Origin: Candidatus Hadarchaeota archaeon
GTDB lineage: Archaea; Hadarchaeota; Hadarchaeia; Hadarchaeales; JAGGTB01
DNA length: 64,000 bases
Direction of reading: 5' to 3'
NCBI GenBank assembly: GCA_964384105.1
Contig: CAYLJV010000001.1
Coordinates: 1-64,000, forward strand
Within the stretch, counting starts at the first letter, position 1. Every line of letters begins with the position of its first letter. Made by a program: the position numbers and the translations under genes. This document shows positions 47,901-55,216 of this stretch, in pieces. The notes beneath the pieces were generated by a model. It was not told the DNA's origin, ran no database searches, and worked only from the letters and a program-made list of their open reading frames with translations.

Positions 47901-49546
47901 TAGCCGTCACTAATGGTATGATCTATTTCTGGCCGGCTTATGGAGGGTCTCCGGGAGAAAAAGGAGAAGTTCTCCGAGATTTCTATAGGTACAACCCTGT
48001 TAGAAATGCTTGGAAGAGACTTGAGAACGCTCCTTTTGGCAGTGGATATGGCCTAGCTACTTCTTCTGGTATAACGCCTTCTGGGGATAACGCAGTATAC
48101 ATACTCAAAGGAAGTCCTTTTGGTCAGAAATCTTGGTTCGCCAGGTATACTCAAGAGAGTGGTTGGAAAATGCTGAACCACCGGATTCCTTTCGAGAAGT
48201 CCTCTACATCGAGTCAGAGTCATCCCCGAAATGGCTCCACTTTGGTTTGGGACGGGGAAAATCATATCTACCTTTTTCCCGGATCAAGTTATTCTCATCC
48301 GGGGCAGACGGATTGGTACCGATACTCTATTCCGGAGGATTCTTGGGAATTTATGGGTCAGTTGCCTCACTGGAATGGCCCGGGTAACGCCGCGGTTTTA
48401 GTGAAGCGGGACAATAAAGAGTACATCTATGCTATGATCGGAATGTATCATTTTGGAGAACCCTACTTCGGAGGTTACAATCTCCTTGGTAGCATTGACA
48501 ATTATAACGGTACAAAGTTTGCTAGATACGACCTCGACTCCGAAGAATGGAATGTTATAGATAACTGTGGCCCTGATTCGGATCATAAATATGGGGCAGA
48601 TGATGCGTCTTCTTTAGTTTGGACCGGTGGTGATTATATCTATCATACTCCAGGTGCATACGAGGAGACGGTGACGGATTTGGAGAGGTTCAACCAGAAG
48701 AGAAAGTTCATGCGTTACTGCATGGAGACCGGTGAGTGGGAGGAACTAGGTGAGACATTTTACAGTGAGTATGGTGGATGGGACGATGGGGGTGGGGTCG
48801 TGTTTGTGGATAACAAAATATATGGCCTCAAGGGTGGAGATGACGTAGCGAGAATCCACGACTTTGAAGTGGTTGGTGGAGGTGGTGTCTCATCAAACGA
48901 GTTCTGGAGTTATTCTTTACCGAAGAGTGCTAGGTCGGTGAAGAATTTGATTTGGATATATCGGGATAATAAACGCTTGGCACAGGTACCCGTCGATGAG
49001 TCTGGTTGTTTCAGCGAAAATATAAAACTCGAATTGACTCATTTCAATTCTATTAGGGCGAGGTCCGTTGATCTGGATGGAAATCCCGGTGAATTTTCCA
49101 AGGTCCAGAGAGTGAAAGTTGATTCGGTTCCTCCCGAAGTTATTATCGAATCTCCTTCCTCTGGATTTTTCCGCCGTGATGGGAATTTAAAATTAGTTGG
49201 TCGTGTTTCTGATTCTAACTTGAAAAACGCTGGTGTGAGCGTTAATGGGAAGGAAAAACCTCTGGAAGTTGATAAAGACCAGTTTGAGATATTATTGGAT
49301 TTGGACAGTGGAGGAAATTTGATCAGTGTTTGGGCCGTGGATTCGGCTGGGAATATGGGGGAGGATAATATAATTGGTAATTTTTCATTTTCCCAAACCT
49401 GTAGTTCTCCTTCGGAGCAGGAGCGATGGTATAAGGAGTTCTCAGAATTTCCTAAAAATAAGATTTTAATACCGATTTTTACACTAATTTCGCTTCTTTC
49501 TGTGGTAATTTATAAGTCAGGACCATTTCAGAATTTATTCTCTTAA
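44918..49546 (+). CDS. Large surface protein: lamin-tail domain, beta-sandwich repeats, Kelch-like propeller, Ig-like domains, C-terminal TM
   Basis: HIVISEI...EYVELYNP (LTD); repeated IY...G....RY....W blades; DSAGN; C-terminal hydrophobic helix. Confidence 0.8.
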   Translation: MILLKRLLSLIVIFLVSLSFIQVVSADSIDLDFDNPDVYFENIEMGSSENEDFLFLDSKIEVWNQTVWEENVGYSFKENIVVGEKLSLRSIGSRSVADHIVISEICVGTKDSTEEYVELYNPDSSPENLKSLTRSGNGELDLKFLNSDNSFVSKEIKWINDLIPPHGYFLFGSDNSVSGTEADAVFSEDLSRRGAVKISDEEGIVLDKVGWGSPIPSSAFEGTGISKELKTGESIERKSKMNSTEAGMKFENNNYGNGYDSDNNSNDFVFHEDFYSPNNDNSEAGYSKSFSYFKSGFLQSPTFSIGESMEWENLEWTETEPFFGLRSPENLVVDDRRLNEGFLLENIVGSDNEDNFSSEISEISQNRNVVSNSEFENWSSGSPVGWDSYFLEQDKADDLSIEEEGGSLEIKCQASLPGLIGGGVEQNVCEENITHENEPELNYSVFYNYGSDTENLNLRGGALEVELCSGERLRYVDWYEDNNIPENRENLKYIDFGNLGYRSWRDHNVNLHSGLEKAFGSRYGCIEWIRLLNIENNENGRGSNVQWFFDNIGLISEFRGEINRTILRNFSEPISGRSRNVDNLYIPLSISTFENSVNYRFSLYDWSSKDWKFLGSGTAGASGSKRFFEISENNKRYFSENKVVLTTLVAENSLSPFSVSVDDLDYIVDYRPSAYVNSFENFDGEVLGSTSADVYFRTSSDSENWSAWKGPFEDPNREIGLLENNYFQYKVTFESESSFITPTLSDIKLSYIIPSSSGAFISKPFKMGYVSELEFDWLLKNRSGSLDFRFRSSENGDEWTDWSEPLTQGSVVGSSIYGKKFFQVRADFYRKGGRKPSPILKKFEISYVPDSEPPKIKILDRASTETMARVAARISDNSGVSREDIEFLIDGCEVQPHYDSKGGEIWTRIALDDGIHSFFLGTADVHGQKGERSWDFTVNSEPPEAPRLDNLPTFVNSDELQVTGSIDLMKNFGESWSDLPADPPVGVGSCNGHRLAVTNGMIYFWPAYGGSPGEKGEVLRDFYRYNPVRNAWKRLENAPFGSGYGLATSSGITPSGDNAVYILKGSPFGQKSWFARYTQESGWKMLNHRIPFEKSSTSSQSHPRNGSTLVWDGENHIYLFPGSSYSHPGQTDWYRYSIPEDSWEFMGQLPHWNGPGNAAVLVKRDNKEYIYAMIGMYHFGEPYFGGYNLLGSIDNYNGTKFARYDLDSEEWNVIDNCGPDSDHKYGADDASSLVWTGGDYIYHTPGAYEETVTDLERFNQKRKFMRYCMETGEWEELGETFYSEYGGWDDGGGVVFVDNKIYGLKGGDDVARIHDFEVVGGGGVSSNEFWSYSLPKSARSVKNLIWIYRDNKRLAQVPVDESGCFSENIKLELTHFNSIRARSVDLDGNPGEFSKVQRVKVDSVPPEVIIESPSSGFFRRDGNLKLVGRVSDSNLKNAGVSVNGKEKPLEVDKDQFEILLDLDSGGNLISVWAVDSAGNMGEDNIIGNFSFSQTCSSPSEQERWYKEFSEFPKNKILIPIFTLISLLSVVIYKSGPFQNLFS

Positions 49547-50092
49547 GTATAGATTATTTCCTTTGGTGTCTATTCCCACAGTTAATGGTCCGAAATTTTT
49601 CACTTTTAGTACCCATATTGCTTCTACTACACTCAGGTCCTCCCATATTACTTTCTCTATAGATTTTATCGATTTCGCTGCTAGAGCGGCTGCTCCCCCG
49701 GGAAATGAAAGATAAACACATTTTAAAGAGGGAAGTTCAGAAGCGACTTTTTTACCAACTCCTCCCTTTCCTATTATGGCTTTAACACCGGTTGTTTTTA
49801 GAAAATCTACCTGAATGCTGTCTAATCTTGCACTTGTAGTAGGTCCCGCCGAAATTATCTCCCATCCATCTTTTGTAGATTTTGTGAGGGGTCCACAGTG
49901 GTAAATCACTCCGTTTTTGAGATTGACAGGTATTTTTTTTCCTTCTTTGGAAAAATCCAGTACCCTTTTATAGGCTTTGTCTCTTGCAGTGAATATCTCG
50001 CCCGAAATTTGTACTATATCCCCGGCTTCTAGGTTTTGGACCTCTTTTTCTGTTAGAGGAGTCTTTAGCGTCTTGATGTTCTCTTTGTTCAC
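49535..50092 (-). CDS. Class I fumarate hydratase, beta subunit
   Basis: FTARDKA, IYHCGP, AGPTTSAR, IGKGG. Confidence 0.9.
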   Translation of the reverse strand: MNKENIKTLKTPLTEKEVQNLEAGDIVQISGEIFTARDKAYKRVLDFSKEGKKIPVNLKNGVIYHCGPLTKSTKDGWEIISAGPTTSARLDSIQVDFLKTTGVKAIIGKGGVGKKVASELPSLKCVYLSFPGGAAALAAKSIKSIEKVIWEDLSVVEAIWVLKVKNFGPLTVGIDTKGNNLYLRE

Positions 50093-50961
50093 TTCGGCAC
50101 CCTTATTTTAAATTCTCCATCTGAAAAGCTGGCTTTGGCTCTCCGAGCCGCCCAACATTGAAAATTGACCGCTACTGGGAGACTAGCGGTGTGGCATCCG
50201 GCTTTTTCTATTCTTGTTCCTAAAACCGTTGTTTTTCCTCCCAGTCCCATTGGCCCGATTTCTAGCTCGTTTGCCGATTTCGTGATTTTTTCTTCCATTT
50301 TTCTAAGGTTTCTGTCCTCATTTTCTTCATCTAATGGTCTTAGAAGAGCTTTTTTTGCCAAGAAACTTGCCTTGTCAGAAGTCCCTCCGATTCCTATACC
50401 TACTATAGAAGGTGGACAAATCTGACCTTCAGCTTTATCTATCAGTTGAACGGCTCTTTCTATTATCTCATCTTCTGTGTCTGTAGGATTTAGCATGTAA
50501 AGTCTGCTCCAGTTTTCGCTTCCGGCTCCTTTTAACATTAGTTCGATTTCAAATTCCTCTTTTGACTGTATTTCTGTGTAAACAAGCGGATGTCCTCTTC
50601 CTGTATTGTTTCCTGAATTCTCCCTGGTAAGTGGGTCGACGACGTTGGGTCTTAGTGGAATAGATTCCGTTGCTTTTAATATGGATTCTTTAATGGCCTC
50701 CCTTACATTAAATCCGATTTTTCGAAAATTATTTATTTTCAAGAAGAAAATAGGAAGTCCTGTATCTTGACATAGAGGCTTTTTTTCCTTTTTTGCTATT
50801 TTTGTGTTTTCTAGTATGGCTTCTAACTGCTTTTTAGCTATAGGCTTCTTTTCAATTTTCAGTGATTTTTTCAGTCTTTCAAAGACATCTTTCGGAATTC
50901 TAGTTGCTGCAAGTGTTAACATCTCTTCTATTGTCCTTCGAAATTCTTCCTTTGTTATCAT
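50089..50961 (-). CDS. Class I fumarate hydratase, alpha subunit
   Basis: PLCQDTG, KGAGSEN, CPP..VGIGIGG, IGPMGLGG, HTASLPV...QCWA. Confidence 0.92.
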   Translation of the reverse strand: MITKEEFRRTIEEMLTLAATRIPKDVFERLKKSLKIEKKPIAKKQLEAILENTKIAKKEKKPLCQDTGLPIFFLKINNFRKIGFNVREAIKESILKATESIPLRPNVVDPLTRENSGNNTGRGHPLVYTEIQSKEEFEIELMLKGAGSENWSRLYMLNPTDTEDEIIERAVQLIDKAEGQICPPSIVGIGIGGTSDKASFLAKKALLRPLDEENEDRNLRKMEEKITKSANELEIGPMGLGGKTTVLGTRIEKAGCHTASLPVAVNFQCWAARRAKASFSDGEFKIRVPK

Positions 50962-51018
50962 CGGTAGACCCGATTTCTTGATAAGTTTTGAAAGATAAAA
51001 AATGTTAGAGGGGTTTCT

Positions 51019-51372
51019 GTGTTAGTAAATAAAACTACTGGAGAGATATTGGCCGAGGAGGTCGAGATAGCCGATTCTTTTTGGACTCGGTTTAGAGGCT
51101 TGATGTTCAGGCGGAGTTTCGAATTTGGAAATGCTATTCTGTTTGAAATTCCGACACCAAGAAAATTTGGTATTCATACTTTCTTTGTTTTTTTCCCAAT
51201 AGATCTTATTTATTTAGACGAGGACTTTGATGTGTTAGAATTAAAGAAAGACCTGCCTTCTTGGAGATTTTACAGTCCTAGTGTAAAGTCCAAGTATCTG
51301 ATAGAACTTCCTGGTGGTAAACTAAGAAATTCTGATGTAAATGTCGGAGATAGATTAGGTCTCAGAGATTGA
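51019..51372 (+). CDS. DUF192 family protein
   Basis: ADSFWTRFRGLMFR, IHTFFVFFPIDLIYLD, IELP. Confidence 0.9.
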   Translation: MLVNKTTGEILAEEVEIADSFWTRFRGLMFRRSFEFGNAILFEIPTPRKFGIHTFFVFFPIDLIYLDEDFDVLELKKDLPSWRFYSPSVKSKYLIELPGGKLRNSDVNVGDRLGLRD

Positions 51373-51455
51373 AGTTTACTTTTTGATATTTTGACCAAAA
51401 AATTTCTAAATTTAGCTGAAATTGATTTTATTAAGTATTAAACCGCAAATAGGAT

Positions 51456-52328
51456 TTGGTCCCTATGAATGTCCAAGAGAAGATTCTTATTTCTGCTGCT
51501 GATCTGGCTGAGGAAGTCAAGGCAGATGCGATCTTAGTCTTAACCGAAAAAGGAGATTCCTACAATTTTCTTAAGGAGCGGGTTAAGAGTAGAGAGGTCA
51601 TTGCTTTCACACCTAATAGAGAAACTTACGAAAAGTTGAGTAAAGATCCAGATTCCACCGTTATAGATCTAACTGTAAGGGATTCAAGTCGTATGGGGCA
51701 AATAAGACAAGCTGTTTGGTGGGGACTTAACTCAGGGCTTCTAAGCCCCGGCGATATTGTAGTATGTCTGTCTGGAGAGCTGGGTTTGTCTCAGGGTACT
51801 GATACTATCTCCGTGTATCTTATTTCGGAGACCGAATCTACGCTTGCGGGGATCATTGAAGCGGACTCTGTTATGAACGCTGTCGTAAACATTTCAACTG
51901 AACTTGGTTGGAAGGGCAGAGAAGGAGAGCCATTGGGTACTGCTTTCATAATTGGTGATGTTAAGAACGTGATGGAAAAATCTCATCAACTTGGCTTAAA
52001 TATTTTCGAGGGTCACGAGGATCTGAATATTACAAATCGCGAAAATTGGGAATTGATCAAGAGATATGCTTTCTTAGATGGAGCATTTGTTTTAGACGAA
52101 GAAGGAAACTTTGTTGCTGCAGGGCGTTATCTTGATGCCGATGTCGATGTTGATATAAAAGCGGGTCTTGGAACCCGTCATATTGCGGTGGCAAAAATAA
52201 CTGCTGCTACGGGGGCAAAGGGAGTAACTGTTTCTGGGACAGATGGAGTGATTAGGATATTTTCTGGTGGTAAGATCATGGGGGAAATTGATCCTAGAAG
52301 CAAAATGTTGAAAGAAGTCAGCATATAA
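51456..52328 (+). CDS. dacZ: Diadenylate cyclase, DacZ type
   Basis: Pyruvate-kinase-C-like N-terminus; DAC motifs GREG..LGTAF, LDGAFV, GLGTRH. Confidence 0.85.
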   Translation: MVPMNVQEKILISAADLAEEVKADAILVLTEKGDSYNFLKERVKSREVIAFTPNRETYEKLSKDPDSTVIDLTVRDSSRMGQIRQAVWWGLNSGLLSPGDIVVCLSGELGLSQGTDTISVYLISETESTLAGIIEADSVMNAVVNISTELGWKGREGEPLGTAFIIGDVKNVMEKSHQLGLNIFEGHEDLNITNRENWELIKRYAFLDGAFVLDEEGNFVAAGRYLDADVDVDIKAGLGTRHIAVAKITAATGAKGVTVSGTDGVIRIFSGGKIMGEIDPRSKMLKEVSI

Positions 52329-52362
52329 ATCTTCAGAAAATTTGGTTTTTTAGGGGAAAATC

Positions 52363-52614
52363 TTGTATAATGTTTACATTTTGCGACTCTCTGACGATTC
52401 TTTATACTGTGGGATCACTAACGACCTTAAAAGGCGTTTGAGGGAACATCGGCAAGGAAGAGGTAGTAAGTATGTTAAAGGAAGACTTCCTCTAGAGTTG
52501 GTTTACCGTGAAAAAAGGGATAGTAGAAAGGAAGCTATGAGGAGAGAGGCAGAAATCAAAAGTTGGAGTAAGGACAGGAAGGAAAAAGTTGTTGAAGAAC
52601 ATGGAAATTCTTAA
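52363..52614 (+). CDS. GIY-YIG nuclease family protein (UPF0213)
   Basis: VYIL..D.SLYCGITNDLKRRLREH..G.GSKY. Confidence 0.9.
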   Translation: MYNVYILRLSDDSLYCGITNDLKRRLREHRQGRGSKYVKGRLPLELVYREKRDSRKEAMRREAEIKSWSKDRKEKVVEEHGNS

Positions 52615-52618
52615 ATTA

Positions 52619-53479
52619 TTAATTTTTGATCTCGTCTAAGATTTTCTCTACGTCTCTAGTAACACCAAATTTTTTTTCAAAAAACCGGATAACGTTTTTC
52701 AAATCTCTTTTGAGTAGCTTATCTGCTTCTGGATGATCTTTTTCTTCCCATTGGGGCCAATCGATAATTAGAATCTCTCCATTTTTCTTTATTATGATAT
52801 TATATTCACTCAAGTCTCCGTGAATCACACCGGTTTGATATGCTTCTTTTGCATTTCTTATAATCTCATCTAGAACAGGTTCTGGGAAGTCTATATCTGA
52901 GACCTCGGCCAATTCTTCTCCTTCTATTAGTCCCATCACTATGACGTGTCTGTTGTATGCGACTGGTTCGGGAACTTCTACTTTTGGATAGAGTTTTTTT
53001 AAAGCCTCAAATTCCTTTCTTGCAGCTTTTTTTGAAGCATTAATCCAGTTTGGAACTGATCCATAGGATCTCTTTTCTTTTACGTCAGTAAATGTAAGCC
53101 CAAGGCGATTAAATTTTATAGCTACTCTTCGATTTTTGGGATCGAGCGCATCGTAGATATCTGCTTCTTTTCCTATTCCCATTTCCCTACCGAAAGCTTC
53201 TATTACGTCTTCTTGAACTAAATCCCAAATTGCTAGAACATCGTAACCAGAAGGTAGGACTTTATATCCTCTATATTTGGTTATTTTGCCTTCTACAAGT
53301 TTGAATTTGTTTACTCTTTCTAGCCGATATTTGATATCTTGCTCGGGTTTTTCGCTGATCTTCTTCAGTTTGTCTTCAGGGATCCATTCGTATCTTTTGG
53401 AGGCTTTTTCCAGCTCTTTTAGAAATTCTATATCTCCCTTTTCTATTTCAAGAAATCTTTTAATCGCTTCTAGTGTCAT
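52619..53479 (-). CDS. rio2: RIO2-type serine/threonine kinase
   Basis: N-terminal wHTH, GIGKEADIY, IHGDLSEYNI, IIDWPQ. Confidence 0.92.
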   Translation of the reverse strand: MTLEAIKRFLEIEKGDIEFLKELEKASKRYEWIPEDKLKKISEKPEQDIKYRLERVNKFKLVEGKITKYRGYKVLPSGYDVLAIWDLVQEDVIEAFGREMGIGKEADIYDALDPKNRRVAIKFNRLGLTFTDVKEKRSYGSVPNWINASKKAARKEFEALKKLYPKVEVPEPVAYNRHVIVMGLIEGEELAEVSDIDFPEPVLDEIIRNAKEAYQTGVIHGDLSEYNIIIKKNGEILIIDWPQWEEKDHPEADKLLKRDLKNVIRFFEKKFGVTRDVEKILDEIKN

Positions 53480-53660
53480 GTTCTCTAAAAGTGTTTTATT
53501 TTATTTATTAGTAAAATCGACTTTTTGTAGTTAATTTCTAATCAATAAATTTCAATAAGTGTGGAAAAAGGAGAAATTTACTATAGAAATCTTTTAAAAA
53601 CTACTTGTTTTAGATTTAAAGGAGAATTTAAATAGCGAAGGTGAAAATCTGCTACATTCA

Positions 53661-55064
53661 TTGGGGCTTATACTAATCATAATAGCGGGGGTTTTGTCCG
53701 TACCGGCTCCAGTATCTCTCTTTTTTTCTGAATATTCACTCATTCCCTATTTTTTGATACCAGCCGCTATCTGCTTAGTTTTGGGTTTTTTATTCTATAA
53801 GAAATATGAGAGAGAGGATATTGTTTTCGGCAAGGCTATGGTTTTAGTAGCCACAACCTGGTTGATTTTAGCGTTTCTAGGTGCGATACCTTACATCTTT
53901 GGCCATAATATGGGGATAATTGAATCTATTTTTGAAAGTATGTCTGGTTTTACTGCTACAGGTTTGACAGTTTTACAAGGTGAAGCTGGATGGATAGGAA
54001 GTGTTCCAGAGAGTACGATATTGTTCTGGAGGAGTTTTACTCAATGGATTGGTGGTCTAGGTGTGATCGTGCTGTTTTTGGCGGTATTCATAGGTACCGG
54101 AAAACTTGCTAGGAAATTGTACGCCTCGGAAGCTCGAGAAGATCGGATTTACCCTAGTATTAGAGATACGGCAAGATTTCTTTGGAAAAGTTACTCCGTG
54201 TTCACCATAGCAGGAATACTAGGTTTTGTGCTTACAGGGATGGGTATTTTTGCAGCGATAAACCACAGTATGACCGCTATTGCTACCGGTGGATTTACTG
54301 TCACCCCGGACAGCTTTGCAGGTTACGGAATACCGAGTTACGTAGTGGCTTTTGGCCTGATGACTGCCGGTGGGATAAGTTTTGCTGTTCATAGGAAAGC
54401 TTGGGACAAGGATTGGAGAGAGCTTTTCAGAAGTATAGAAGTTAGGCTGATGTTTGCTTTTATCATAATAGCGTCAGTGGCTCTTTTCTGGAGCATAGGT
54501 TTAAGGCACGCGATATTCCAGTCTACCTCCGCTTTGACTGGTACAGGATTTTCGAGTACGGGGTTGATTCCTAGTAGTTGGGGAGCTTTTCAAAGGGGTG
54601 TTTTAACCGTTTTGATGGTTGTTGGTGGAGGATATGGGTCCACGTCGAGTGCGATTAAGCTCATTAGGACTATTATAATAATCAGTGCAGTGGCTTGGCT
54701 TTTAAAGAGGAGCTTTTTACCCGATAGAGCGGTTGTTCCCTTGGAGATCCGGGGGGAAACTTATGCAAAAGAGGACGTTATGGAGGCCTCCTTGTACGGC
54801 TTTATCTATATAATGCTCTTAACGGCAGGGTCTTTGATAGTAATGCTGGCAATGCCTGATTGGAGTGGCATGGATGTTATTTTTGAGACTGCTTCTGCAC
54901 AGGGGAATGTCGGACTCTCTGTGGGCATCACTGCTGTTTCTCCACCTGTGGTCAAGATTGTGTATATCATTCAAATGCTTGCCGGAAGGTTAGAAATACT
55001 GCCGGTTGTAGCACTTTTCAGAATCTTTATTGAAAAGATTCCTCGTCGCAGGGAACCGTTCTAA
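53661..55064 (+). CDS. trkH: Trk potassium uptake membrane protein
   Basis: FESMSGFTATG, QWIGGLG, TAIATGGF, SAQGNVGLS, GRLEI; start codon uncertain. Confidence 0.92.
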   Translation: MGLILIIIAGVLSVPAPVSLFFSEYSLIPYFLIPAAICLVLGFLFYKKYEREDIVFGKAMVLVATTWLILAFLGAIPYIFGHNMGIIESIFESMSGFTATGLTVLQGEAGWIGSVPESTILFWRSFTQWIGGLGVIVLFLAVFIGTGKLARKLYASEAREDRIYPSIRDTARFLWKSYSVFTIAGILGFVLTGMGIFAAINHSMTAIATGGFTVTPDSFAGYGIPSYVVAFGLMTAGGISFAVHRKAWDKDWRELFRSIEVRLMFAFIIIASVALFWSIGLRHAIFQSTSALTGTGFSSTGLIPSSWGAFQRGVLTVLMVVGGGYGSTSSAIKLIRTIIIISAVAWLLKRSFLPDRAVVPLEIRGETYAKEDVMEASLYGFIYIMLLTAGSLIVMLAMPDWSGMDVIFETASAQGNVGLSVGITAVSPPVVKIVYIIQMLAGRLEILPVVALFRIFIEKIPRRREPF

Positions 55065-55216
55065 GCTCTTAGATCAGTTCTGTTTAGTCTAAATATTTTT
55101 ACTTGTCTATTATTTTTTAATTTTTTAGAATTCCAAGAGATAATAGGTATAATTTTTTTTACCAATTTACGATTAGATTTTTATAGTATGATTCTACAAC
55201 ATATGAGAACGATAAA

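Noticed and set aside
52363-52614. GIY-YIG as a homing endonuclease or mobile element
   Set aside because: Stand-alone 83-aa UPF0213-type protein with no DNA-binding extension and no intron or intein context.
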